From an uncultured Planctomycetia bacterium (GTDB taxonomy: Bacteria > Omnitrophota > Gorgyraeia > Tantalellales > Tantalellaceae), in NCBI GenBank assembly GCA_964409365.1, contig CAYPCX010000007.1, positions 18,655 through 82,654 on the forward strand: DNA of 64,000 bases, in the 5' to 3' direction. Below the pieces are notes generated by a model. It had not been told where the DNA came from. It searched no databases and saw only the letters and a list, made by a program, of their open reading frames with translations. Of the stretch, positions 30,482 to 39,119 are shown piece by piece. Position numbers and translations under genes: made by a program. Numbering within the stretch: position 1 is the first letter of the stretch; the number at the start of each line of letters is the position of its first letter.

Positions 30482-31168
30482 ATGAAGATAGCTATACACC
30501 AGCCGCAGTATCTCCCATGGACGGGATATTTCGATAAGATGGACCGGGCGGACGTCTTTGTCCTTCTGGACGATGTCCAGTACAAGAAGAACGAGTGGCA
30601 GAACCGTAACCGCATCCGTAATGCCGAAGGCTGGCAATGGATCACGGTCCCCGTCCTGTACGAGTTCGGCCAGAAAATAAACGAGGTCAGGATCAATAAT
30701 AAAGAGAACTGGAGGGAGAAGCACCTTAAAAGTCTCGAGGTCAACTACTCCCAGGCCGCCCATTTTGATGAATATATCCTTTTTTTCAGGAAGCACTACG
30801 CTTGTGAATGGGAGAAGCTGGTCGATATAAACGTCCGTTTTATCGAATACCTGGCGGACACGATGGGTATAACGACGGAGATCGTGAGGAGTTCTTCGCT
30901 GGGCATAGGCACTGAAAAGACCCGGCGGCTGATCGATATATGCAAAGCGGTGGGTGCTGACGAGTACCTTTCCGGGGCGGGAGGGGGCGACTACCTCGAG
31001 GAAGAAAAGTTCGCCGGTGAAGGCATCAGGCTTGAATACCAGAAATATGAACAGAAACCCTATGAGCAGGTGTATAATGGATTTTGTCCGGACCTTTCGG
31101 CCGCGGACCTTTTATTCTGTTGCGGGAAAGACAGTATCAATATAATAAGGGAAGGGAGAAAAGAATGA
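30482..31168 (+). CDS. WbqC-like family protein
   Basis: MKIAIHQPQYLPWTGYFDKM...VLLDDVQYKKNEWQNRNRI is the hallmark WbqC-like N-terminus. Confidence 0.75.
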   Translation: MKIAIHQPQYLPWTGYFDKMDRADVFVLLDDVQYKKNEWQNRNRIRNAEGWQWITVPVLYEFGQKINEVRINNKENWREKHLKSLEVNYSQAAHFDEYILFFRKHYACEWEKLVDINVRFIEYLADTMGITTEIVRSSSLGIGTEKTRRLIDICKAVGADEYLSGAGGGDYLEEEKFAGEGIRLEYQKYEQKPYEQVYNGFCPDLSAADLLFCCGKDSINIIREGRKE

Positions 31169-31785
31169 ATATCCTCGCGATCGGCGCTCATCCTGACGAT
31201 ATAGAATACGGGTGCGGAGGCACGCTCCTGAAGATGTCTTCGCAGGAACAGGTACGCCTTTTCTATTTCATAGCGACCAAAGGGGAACTCAGCGGCGGGG
31301 CCAGCGTTAGAGAGAAAGAACAGGAAGAGGCCGCCCGCCTTCTGAAAGTGGAGAAGATATACTGGGGCGGCTTCAAGGACGCCAACTTTTCCGTCGGCAG
31401 GGACCTGATAGGCAAGCTTGAGGAAGTGATATCCGAGATACGCCCCGAGGTCATCTTCGTGAATTATCCCCAGGACACCCACCAGGACCACAGGTACCTG
31501 GCGGACTGCACCGTGGTAGCTTCCCGTTACTGCAAGAAAGTCGTTTATTACGAGGACTACACGTCCGTTAATTATGAACCCGATATCTTCGTTGACATAA
31601 GCGACGTCCTGGGGGAAAAGGTAAAGCTTCTCGAGTGCCACAAGTCGCAGATCGAAAGGGTGTACCCGACGGGGCTCGACATCGTGGAGAGCACAAGGGC
31701 CGTCGCGAGTTTCCGCGGGTTCCAGGCCAAGGTCAAATACGCCGAGGGCTTCAAGGCCCTGAGATATCTGCTGGATACAATATGA
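31165..31785 (+). CDS. PIG-L/LmbE family N-acetylglucosaminyl deacetylase
   Basis: ATG 31165 overlaps the previous stop (ATGA). ILAIGAHPDDIEYGCGGTL and later HQDH motifs. Confidence 0.8.
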   Translation: MNILAIGAHPDDIEYGCGGTLLKMSSQEQVRLFYFIATKGELSGGASVREKEQEEAARLLKVEKIYWGGFKDANFSVGRDLIGKLEEVISEIRPEVIFVNYPQDTHQDHRYLADCTVVASRYCKKVVYYEDYTSVNYEPDIFVDISDVLGEKVKLLECHKSQIERVYPTGLDIVESTRAVASFRGFQAKVKYAEGFKALRYLLDTI

Positions 31786-31800
31786 TGACAAGTTGCCTTG

Positions 31801-31877
31801 AAGAGAGAAGGGTGCTCCCGTACAGGGAGGATCCACACCGGGCGGAGGGGCCCTGGTAGGGAGCACCCTTCTCTCTT
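31801..31877. repeat. perfect 19-bp inverted repeat (aagagagaagggtgctccc / gggagcacccttctctctt) with a 39-nt loop, intergenic
   Basis: Read directly. Lies between the PIG-L stop (31785) and the DegT start (31901). No U-tract follows. Confidence 0.85.
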
Positions 31878-31900
31878 TAAGAGAACATGAAAGGCGAGGC

Positions 31901-32938
31901 ATGATCCCGCATTCAAGACCAACGCTGGGTGAGGAAGAGGCGCAGGCCGCAGCGGAGGTAATACGCTCGGGCCATATAGCCCAGGGAGAAAAGGTAAAAG
32001 AGTTCGAGGGGAAATTGGCGCGGTTCATCGGCGTGAAAGGCGCGGTATGCGTCAATTCCGGCACATCCGCCCTGCATCTGGGCCTTATTGCCATGGGGAT
32101 CGGTCCCGAAGATATCGTGCTCCTTCCTTCGTTCGTCTGCAGCGCTCCGCTGAACGCCATATACCATACGCTGGCCGAGCCCCGTCTTTGCGACATAGAA
32201 CCCGAAAGCTTCAATATCTCCCTGGAAAGCGTAGAAGATAACAGGACTGAGGAGACAAAAGCTGTAATAGTCCCCCATATGTTCGGGGCTCCGGCGGATC
32301 TGCAGAAAATAGAGGAGACAGGCATCCCCGTGATAGAAGATTGCGCTCATTCCGTCGGCGCCGCCTACGGCGACAGAAAAGTCGGCAGTGTGGGACGTTT
32401 CAGCATACTGTCTTTTTATGCCAACAAGATGCTGGCATGCGGCGAGGGAGGGGCGCTCCTTTCCGATGACGAGGAGATACTTTCCAGGGCGAGGGACCTC
32501 AGGGATTATGACGAAAAAGAAGCGTACAGGGTCCGTTACAATTACAAGATGACCGACATACAGGCGGCAGTGGGCCTGGTACAGCTTGAGAAGCTCCCCG
32601 GGATGATAGAGAAAAGGAAGGGAATAGCCTCCCGTTATAACGAGGCTTTCAAGGATCTGGACGTCGTATTGCCTAAGGCGGAGTTCGACCATGTATATTA
32701 CAGGTACGTTATCAGGACCGGTAAGGACGTACAGGACATTATCAGGGCCGGGCAGGAAAAAGGGGTGACTTTTGCCAGGCCCGTATATAGACCCTTACAC
32801 CGCTATCTTGAGCTCAGGTCAGGTTTCCGTAATGCCGACGAGGCCTATTCTTCGGCTTTATCCATTCCTATCTACCCGTCCCTCAGCGGGGAAGAGCAGG
32901 AAAAGGTCATCGATGCGGTCCACCTGCTTTCCAAATGA
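31901..32938 (+). CDS. DegT/DnrJ/EryC1/StrS family PLP-dependent sugar aminotransferase
   Basis: Full-length fold-type I aminotransferase, EFEGKLARFIG, SFYANKMLACGEGGALLSDDEE (PLP Lys region). Confidence 0.85.
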   Translation: MIPHSRPTLGEEEAQAAAEVIRSGHIAQGEKVKEFEGKLARFIGVKGAVCVNSGTSALHLGLIAMGIGPEDIVLLPSFVCSAPLNAIYHTLAEPRLCDIEPESFNISLESVEDNRTEETKAVIVPHMFGAPADLQKIEETGIPVIEDCAHSVGAAYGDRKVGSVGRFSILSFYANKMLACGEGGALLSDDEEILSRARDLRDYDEKEAYRVRYNYKMTDIQAAVGLVQLEKLPGMIEKRKGIASRYNEAFKDLDVVLPKAEFDHVYYRYVIRTGKDVQDIIRAGQEKGVTFARPVYRPLHRYLELRSGFRNADEAYSSALSIPIYPSLSGEEQEKVIDAVHLLSK

Positions 32939-32995
32939 AATCATATTTGTTATAATAATCATACAGCGGATATATGTTAAATTTCTCATATTGCC

Positions 32996-33772
32996 ATGAA
33001 ACGATCCCAGGAACTCAGACTTGACGCTAAGAACAAAAAGCTTTTCTTCGGAAGTGGGAACTGTGATGAAGTGCGCCATCTGTGCGAGGCGATATGCTGC
33101 AGGACGTATGACGTGAACATCAGCGAAGAAGAATACCGCTCCGGCAGATACAAGGCCAGACCGACGTGCAGATTGACCGGGAGGGATTGCGAAAGCAAAG
33201 ATTCGAATTGCATCAACAGAGAGTTCTGGATGTATAGGAAGGCAGATAGATCCTGCGTCTATCTAACCGGAGACAATAAATGCTCTATATATGAATGGAG
33301 ACCGGAAGCGTGCAGGGAGTTTCATTGCGTGGACGGGTGGGTAATATCCCATGCATGCCTTTCAACGAACAAGGAAAGCGTAAAGGCGCGAAAGGACATT
33401 CTTGACGAACATATACTTAAAATAATGAAAGATGACATGAAGTTCAGTCCTAACCCTCTCGTCCGGCCCAAAGCGTTGTTCTATTCAAAAGATAAAAAAG
33501 AAATACACTTTGCGATAGATATCGCGAATAAATGCGGCCTGTCGACCTCCCGCCGCGAAGCCGTCACCTCGGCGCTTGATGGGAATATGCTGTTGGAACT
33601 TTTTGGTCTTTTTGACGGGAATAGAGATCTGGGATCCGTCAGAAAGGAGTTTAACGACAGGTTCGGCCAAGTATTGTCCAGAGAGGACCTTTACCGTATT
33701 GTATGGCTTTTCAATACCGAGAAATTGATAGTTTTCACGCATTGTGCGCTGGTGTTCGGAGATAAGCAGTGA
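32996..33772 (+). CDS. fusion protein: N-terminal YkgJ-like Cys-rich zinc/iron-chelating domain plus C-terminal PqqD-like (RiPP recognition element-like) domain
   Basis: N-terminal half has 14 Cys including CEAICC and CSIYEWRPEACREFHC (compare YkgJ CxxCxxCC ... C.IYE.RP..CR.F). C-terminal 90 aa (HFAIDIANKCGLSTSRREAVTSALDGNMLLELFGLFDGNRDLGSVRKEFNDRF...EDLYRIVWLFNTEKLIV) follow the PqqD pattern. Confidence 0.6.
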   Translation: MKRSQELRLDAKNKKLFFGSGNCDEVRHLCEAICCRTYDVNISEEEYRSGRYKARPTCRLTGRDCESKDSNCINREFWMYRKADRSCVYLTGDNKCSIYEWRPEACREFHCVDGWVISHACLSTNKESVKARKDILDEHILKIMKDDMKFSPNPLVRPKALFYSKDKKEIHFAIDIANKCGLSTSRREAVTSALDGNMLLELFGLFDGNRDLGSVRKEFNDRFGQVLSREDLYRIVWLFNTEKLIVFTHCALVFGDKQ

Positions 33773-34872
33773 TCTCTAAGATGATACCTTTTCCCACTAC
33801 TGTAGACCTGGCTCTTACCGGCAGGTGCAATCTGAGATGCAAACATTGCAACGCTTCCGATGCCTGGGAGTTGGAGAGCGAACTGTCTTTTGATGAGATA
33901 ATAGGGGTTCTCGATCAGATCAGGAAGGAGAAGGTCTTCAATCTGAACCTTTTTGGAGGAGAGCCGTTCTGTTATCCTGAGATCCACGAGATCCTGGAAG
34001 CGCTCAACAGTTATCCGATAAGGATCACTATCCTCACCAACGGCACGCTTATTGACAAGAAAGCCGTTGAGTCGGTCAAAAAGATGAGGTTCCTGGCCGC
34101 TGTACAGGTGAGCGTTGATGGTTCGAACCCTTCCGTGCATGACTGGCAAAGAGGAGAGGGATCGTTCGACAAGGCAATGAACGGGGTCAGGCTGCTCATG
34201 GAAGAGGGCTTGCCGGTGAACTTAAAGGCCATTATCAACAGGCACAATATCGATGATATGGAGAATATGATCCGTATGGCAATGGGCCTGGGCCTCGGCG
34301 GCATGGATTTCGGTGATGCCGTAGAGTGCGGCAGGGCCGCGGTATACGCTAACGAACTTGTTTTCGAAGGCGAGACGCACCGGAAGATGATGGAGACCAT
34401 GTTCCGTCTGAAAAAAAAGTATCCGCGCTTTAACCTGGGCGGGACGCTGGGGCAAAAGGTAAGTATGCTCTGTGACTTTTACGCGAATGGCCGGGGTAAG
34501 GGCGCCAGGGGGACGTTTTCAACCTGCCCCGCGGGATTCAGCATGCTTTCGATACGGTCCGACGGGAAGGTGGTCCCTTGTTCCGCTTTCTGGACGCTTG
34601 TCTGCGGTGATCTTGGAGAACGGTCCCTGAAGGATATATGGGAGAATTCGCAGGTCCTGAACGAGATACGGGCCCTTGCGGATGAGGCTCTTGATAAATA
34701 TAAGAAAGAATGCGCTGATTGCGATTATCTCACCTACTGTAACGGGGGATGCCGGGCGGCCGCTTATTATTCCGCCGGGGGGGATTTAAGAGGCATCAAT
34801 ATGTCGACCTGTCTCGTATTTTCGGATCTGTACGGTTTCAGGGTGGAAAAGGATACCGCTTTATCGGCTTAG
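33769..34872 (+). CDS. radical SAM/SPASM domain peptide-maturase-like enzyme 1
   Basis: GTG 33769 with ggagat SD; overlaps the upstream stop. CNLRCKHC (CX3CX2C), LFGGEPF. C-terminal SPASM cysteines (CPAGF...CSAF...CADCDYLTYCNGGCRAAAY). Confidence 0.8.
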   Translation: MISKMIPFPTTVDLALTGRCNLRCKHCNASDAWELESELSFDEIIGVLDQIRKEKVFNLNLFGGEPFCYPEIHEILEALNSYPIRITILTNGTLIDKKAVESVKKMRFLAAVQVSVDGSNPSVHDWQRGEGSFDKAMNGVRLLMEEGLPVNLKAIINRHNIDDMENMIRMAMGLGLGGMDFGDAVECGRAAVYANELVFEGETHRKMMETMFRLKKKYPRFNLGGTLGQKVSMLCDFYANGRGKGARGTFSTCPAGFSMLSIRSDGKVVPCSAFWTLVCGDLGERSLKDIWENSQVLNEIRALADEALDKYKKECADCDYLTYCNGGCRAAAYYSAGGDLRGINMSTCLVFSDLYGFRVEKDTALSA

Positions 34873-34885
34873 GACCGGGTTCACT

Positions 34886-36016
34886 ATGAGCATGTGTAAT
34901 GAAAAAACAACAGGAAATGTCGCGCCGGAAGGCGACTTGACCAGCCTGTATATCAACCCTACCAGATACTGTAACCTTAAGTGCAGGCATTGCTGGATAT
35001 CTCCGCCGCAGAAAGAAGAACTGGACGGAAAGGGCGGAGAACTGTCGACCGGGGAGATCACAGGGATCATAAAAGAAGCGAAGGGACTGGGACTTAGGGA
35101 CGTCAAGTTCACCGGTGGAGAGCCGCTTTTACGGAAGGATATTACGGAACTTTTGAGGTTCTGCTATGAAGAAGAGGTAAAAACTTCCATAGAGACCAAC
35201 GGCACTTTGATCGACAAAGAGCTGGCTTCAGCCATGAAAAGATACGGGGTGTCTTTCATAGCGGTGAGCCTCGACAGCTACCGGGAAGAACTGAACGACC
35301 GTTTCAGGGGGCGCAAGGGAGCGTTCAAAAAGGCATTGGCGGGCATCAGGGCGCTGATCGACGAGGGCATCAGGCCGCAGGTGATTATGAGCATGTACAG
35401 GGAGAATTTCACCGACCTGCCCGAGTTCCTGAAGATGATGCAGGATCTGTGGGTCAATAATATCAAGCTGAACACTATAACGCCTCTGGGAAGGGGGGCC
35501 TCGCTTTATGATACAGGTGAGATACCCTCGGTCAGGGAGATACTCGAGTTTTTGGAAAGGCTCGGCAGTATCAGAAGGTCGTTCAAAGGCCGGTTATACC
35601 TGGACGTTCCTATAGCTTTCAAAAGTGTCGAGGAAATACACGCGGGCTGTGGGGTGTGTCACATCAAGAATATCCTCGGCATATTGTCGGACGGGAGTGT
35701 CTCTATCTGCGGGATAGGCCATCTTGAGGAGGAATTGCTTTTCGGGTCGGTCAGAGAAGATCCATCCGCATTGAAGTACATCTGGCGCGAAAATACCGTC
35801 CTTAAAAAGATCAAAGAGGAAATACCTTACAAGTTGAAAGGGGTCTGCAGCATCTGTGTTTTCAGGAACAAGTGCCTGGGGTACTGCAGGGCCGAAATAT
35901 ATCATAACACCGGGGATCTTTTCGCGCCGTACTGGTTTTGCCAGGAAGCTTATGACAAGGGGCTTTTTCCTCCAACCAGGCTTGTGCCGGAACCTTTGAG
36001 AGCGGGATATGGATAG
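34886..36016 (+). CDS. radical SAM/SPASM domain peptide-maturase-like enzyme 2
   Basis: CNLKCRHC, FTGGEPL. SPASM cysteines (CGVCHIKN...CGIG...CSICVFRNKCLGYCRAE). Confidence 0.8.
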   Translation: MSMCNEKTTGNVAPEGDLTSLYINPTRYCNLKCRHCWISPPQKEELDGKGGELSTGEITGIIKEAKGLGLRDVKFTGGEPLLRKDITELLRFCYEEEVKTSIETNGTLIDKELASAMKRYGVSFIAVSLDSYREELNDRFRGRKGAFKKALAGIRALIDEGIRPQVIMSMYRENFTDLPEFLKMMQDLWVNNIKLNTITPLGRGASLYDTGEIPSVREILEFLERLGSIRRSFKGRLYLDVPIAFKSVEEIHAGCGVCHIKNILGILSDGSVSICGIGHLEEELLFGSVREDPSALKYIWRENTVLKKIKEEIPYKLKGVCSICVFRNKCLGYCRAEIYHNTGDLFAPYWFCQEAYDKGLFPPTRLVPEPLRAGYG

Positions 36017-36815
36017 CATTTCTTATAGTGCTTTCAGGACAACCATACGTCTTAATTTCCTTAATTTTGAAGAAAGACCGGAATTATTCAAGCCGTCCGA
36101 TTCGCGGGGGGAAGGAAAAGCAGATCTGGATATTTACCTGTACAGGGGCAAGCGCAAGGAGATATCCCGCAAAGCGGAGAGAAGCCGTTTTCCGGTCAGC
36201 GCGGAGACGTTCGAAGGCAAGAAGGTCATCCGGCTTTACGACGGTAAGAGCAAAAGGGTCTTCTGTTTTTTTGAGGAAGGCCTGCTCATCGATCTGGTGA
36301 CGAACAGAGCGCTCAACCTTCCCCTGATGGACCTTCAGAACGTTCTGGACATTGTTTTCATGCATTCCGCTTCGATAGTGATGAACGGCAAGGCGTACCT
36401 TTTTATAGCTCCGAGCGGGGGCGGGAAAAGCACGATAGCCGCTCTGGCCCGGGATGAGGGTTTTTTTGTGATAGACGATGATTTCTGCGCGGTGAAAAGG
36501 TCCGGCGGGAGCTTTTTCGCGGCGCGTTTTCCGTGTTTTCTGTCGAAACGAAAAAGATTTAAAGAATGGGAAGTGGGTGGGCTTTTTCTTCTGAACAAGT
36601 CAAAAGAGAACAAGGTAAGGCCCGTTTCGGGCATCGAAGCGTTGCGCGATGCACTGCCCGAAGCGGTCCGTTATCCCCGTGAGAGAGTAGGCGCCATGCG
36701 GAACCAAGATTATCTCAGGGATGTTTTTTGTTTCCTGGACGAGATGATAGATCGTGTAGGGTTGAGCGTTCTTGATTTCAAGAAGGAAGCAGGTGTTTTC
36801 TCGTGTCTGGTCTAA
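36009..36815 (+). CDS. HPr kinase/phosphorylase C-terminal-domain-like P-loop protein (HprK-related kinase)
   Basis: HSASIVMNGKAYLFIAPSGGGKSTIAA matches the HprK C-domain P-loop region (HG..V...G.G.L..G.SG.GKS). 268 aa, no N-terminal HprK domain. Confidence 0.6.
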   Translation: MDSISYSAFRTTIRLNFLNFEERPELFKPSDSRGEGKADLDIYLYRGKRKEISRKAERSRFPVSAETFEGKKVIRLYDGKSKRVFCFFEEGLLIDLVTNRALNLPLMDLQNVLDIVFMHSASIVMNGKAYLFIAPSGGGKSTIAALARDEGFFVIDDDFCAVKRSGGSFFAARFPCFLSKRKRFKEWEVGGLFLLNKSKENKVRPVSGIEALRDALPEAVRYPRERVGAMRNQDYLRDVFCFLDEMIDRVGLSVLDFKKEAGVFSCLV

Positions 36816-38548
36816 GCTTTTTCGACGGCATTTTCGCTTCGAGGCGTCTTGTTTTACTTGAAGACCTGAAGGGTGTCCTGTCTTATGCGTCTGGCATACT
36901 TAAGAAAGACCGCTTTTCCCTGGCAATGGCCTCTTTCCTGAAGCTTTTAAGTTTCCCGCTGGGTATATCGATAGTCTACATAACGAAAGAGACCTTGGAT
37001 AAAGGTATAATGTCTAAGGACCTGAGGTCGTTCGGGTTCTTCACTGCGCTGGGCCTTTTCGTTTTTCTTCTCATGAGAGTGCTGCTGTACTTTTCGGGGA
37101 GGATCATGAACAGCGTGAAGACAAAGTTTTCCCTTGCGGTGGATCATGACCTTGCCAGGAGGCTTTTCGGTCTTGATTATCTGAAGATAAGACAACTGAG
37201 CTCCGCTGAGAACGCTTTTTACGTGAGTTACGATTGCGGTATCATCGAGAACCTGGTATTCTACGAGCTTCCCGCTCTTTTATCCTTTGTGAAAATACCC
37301 GTTTTCTTTATCCTCGCGGCGCTTTTGTCCTGGCAGTTGAGCCTATTCGTGTTTCTGGCTGTCCCGTTCGCTGTAATGCATACTATCTGGGCGTCGCGAA
37401 AGAGGCGGAGATTGAGATCGGGGTATGTGAAATCAGCGGGCAAGTCCAACGCGCTTTTTAGTGACTTCCTGATCAACGTTAAGCTTATCAAGAGCTTTTT
37501 TAAGGAAAGCTGGGCCGTTGACAGGATCATGAGACGGTTCCGGAGAAAGGCCAGGATAGACCTTTTATCTTCCCGTTTCAGGCAGGTCGAGAGATTTGTA
37601 TACGATATTTTTTCAAAATCCAGCACGGCAGCATTCTGGCTGCTGGGAGGGTATTTAATAATAACCGGCAAGTTAAGTCTTGGATCTTTCAGTGCCGTAA
37701 GCATGTATTCCGCGATGCTGTTATCAGAAGTATACAACCTGGGGTCCATTGTACGGAACCTGAACGAGGAGGGGCCTTCTATACACAGGAGTGCGCAATT
37801 TATAAGGGACATTACCGGGCCGGCTGAAGATGTTCCCGCGGTGCCGGTATCTGGCAAGTCGTTTTTTGGTGGAGATATCGAGTTCAGGGATATCGCGTTC
37901 GGATATAGTAAAGAAAAGCCTCTTTTCCAGGGACTGAACATGCTGGCGCCCGCGAGAAAGTGGACGTTGATAAAAGGTCCTTCCGGCGTCGGCAAGACAA
38001 CGCTTCTAAGTTTGATGATCAGGCTCTTCAGGTCCTGGCGCGGCGGGATCTATATCGGGGGGACGAATATCTTTGATGTGGACATTGGCCGCTTTTCCGG
38101 ATACGTTTCATGCGTGCATCAGGAATCGTATATATTCAATGACACCATCTTTAACAATGTACTTTTGGGTGATAAGAAGCCGGGCGGTCTCGTCAGGGAG
38201 GTCATGCGATTGACAAGGCTTGACGAGCTTGCCGATGACCTTTCTATCGGCTATAATACCAAGATAGGCGAACTTGGCGCAACCCTTTCAGGGGGGCAGA
38301 AGCAGCGGGTCGCGATCGCGAGAGCACTTATAAGAGAACCGAAGGTGCTTATACTGGACGAAGCGACTTCGTTTCTTGACGCCAGGATGGAAAGTGATAT
38401 TTTGAGCGACATAAAGGAACAGTTTTCCGGGCTCACGGTCCTGTATGTCACTCACAGGGAGACCGCGGACAGGTTCGCCGATGTTATCTTTGAACTTAAA
38501 GAGGAAAGGGTCGGATATGGAAGAGAAATGTCCTGTAAGAAATCCTGA
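36803..38548 (+). CDS. ABC transporter, fused permease/ATPase (exporter type, no peptidase domain)
   Basis: N-terminal 6-TM exporter domain. NBD with Walker A GPSGVGKTT, signature LSGGQKQRVAIARAL, Walker B ILDEATS. Confidence 0.85.
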   Translation: MSGLSFFDGIFASRRLVLLEDLKGVLSYASGILKKDRFSLAMASFLKLLSFPLGISIVYITKETLDKGIMSKDLRSFGFFTALGLFVFLLMRVLLYFSGRIMNSVKTKFSLAVDHDLARRLFGLDYLKIRQLSSAENAFYVSYDCGIIENLVFYELPALLSFVKIPVFFILAALLSWQLSLFVFLAVPFAVMHTIWASRKRRRLRSGYVKSAGKSNALFSDFLINVKLIKSFFKESWAVDRIMRRFRRKARIDLLSSRFRQVERFVYDIFSKSSTAAFWLLGGYLIITGKLSLGSFSAVSMYSAMLLSEVYNLGSIVRNLNEEGPSIHRSAQFIRDITGPAEDVPAVPVSGKSFFGGDIEFRDIAFGYSKEKPLFQGLNMLAPARKWTLIKGPSGVGKTTLLSLMIRLFRSWRGGIYIGGTNIFDVDIGRFSGYVSCVHQESYIFNDTIFNNVLLGDKKPGGLVREVMRLTRLDELADDLSIGYNTKIGELGATLSGGQKQRVAIARALIREPKVLILDEATSFLDARMESDILSDIKEQFSGLTVLYVTHRETADRFADVIFELKEERVGYGREMSCKKS

Positions 38549-38789
38549 TATCGTGGCGCGAAGGGAGAAGAAAGAAGCGCTTCTTTTCAATCCCGCTGAT
38601 GGCCACATGCTGTGTATTAACGGTACCGGTATGTTCGTCTGGGACCTGTGTGACGGGTCAAGTTCGGGGGACGATATTGTCGAAAAAATAGCGAATGTTT
38701 ATGAAATTACTTGCGAAAAAGCGACCGAAGATTATGATCGCTTCATAAAGGATATGGAGAAAGCCGGATTTATAGGATACAGAACCTGA
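38517..38789 (+). CDS. PqqD family protein (stand-alone RiPP recognition element-like peptide chaperone)
   Basis: ATG 38517 lies within the end of the ABC gene. NPDIVARREKKEALLFNPADGHMLCINGTGMFVWDLCDGSSSGDDIVEKIANVYEI...ATEDYDRFIKDMEKAGFIG matches the PqqD pattern closely. Confidence 0.7.
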   Translation: MEEKCPVRNPDIVARREKKEALLFNPADGHMLCINGTGMFVWDLCDGSSSGDDIVEKIANVYEITCEKATEDYDRFIKDMEKAGFIGYRT

Positions 38790-38799
38790 AGGGGGCCGT

Positions 38800-39096
38800 A
38801 TGAAGAAGAAAAAGAAGAAGTACACTCCTCCTCTTGTCCATGACCTGAGCGGTACGACTATCAGGGGGGCCCAGGCGTTCAATTGCAAAAGCGGCGCCGA
38901 AGCCGGACAGCTTTGTGATTTCGGCGCTGTGGCCGGTGGACAATGCAATACCGGAAGGGTGGCTACGCTCGGATGCTCTGCCGGCGCTGAATACGTCCCG
39001 ATGCCGAAACAATGCAGACCCGGGTTCATGGCTACCCAGCAGTGCCGTGACGGCACGTCGGCTCAGGGCACGTGTAAGACGGGATTCGGCTTTTAG
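38800..39096 (+). CDS. candidate RiPP precursor peptide: 98-aa Cys-rich peptide with a hexa-lysine N-terminus and seven tandem C-x-x-G decapeptide repeats
   Basis: gggggc RBS 6 nt upstream. MKKKKKKYTPPLVHDLSGTTIRGAQA then FNCKSGAEAGQL CDFGAVAGGQ CNTGRVATLG CSAGAEYVPMPKQ CRPGFMATQQ CRDGTSAQGT CKTGFGF. Eight Cys; every repeat starts C-x-x-G. Sits between the PqqD and peptidase genes. Confidence 0.55.
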   Translation: MKKKKKKYTPPLVHDLSGTTIRGAQAFNCKSGAEAGQLCDFGAVAGGQCNTGRVATLGCSAGAEYVPMPKQCRPGFMATQQCRDGTSAQGTCKTGFGF

Positions 39097-39119
39097 CCAA
39101 AGGTCTTATTTTCCCTGAT

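Noticed and set aside
33769-36016. Considered anaerobic sulfatase-maturating enzyme (anSME) identity for the two SPASM enzymes.
   Set aside because: No sulfatase gene is nearby, and the adjacent peptide lacks the C/S-x-P-x-R sulfatase motif. The PqqD, exporter and peptidase context favours peptide maturation. This cannot be excluded without profile searches.
38915-39118. 67-aa + ORF overlapping the candidate precursor in another frame.
   Set aside because: No RBS, and an Arg-rich artefact composition. The 38800..39096 frame has the RBS and the periodic Cys pattern.
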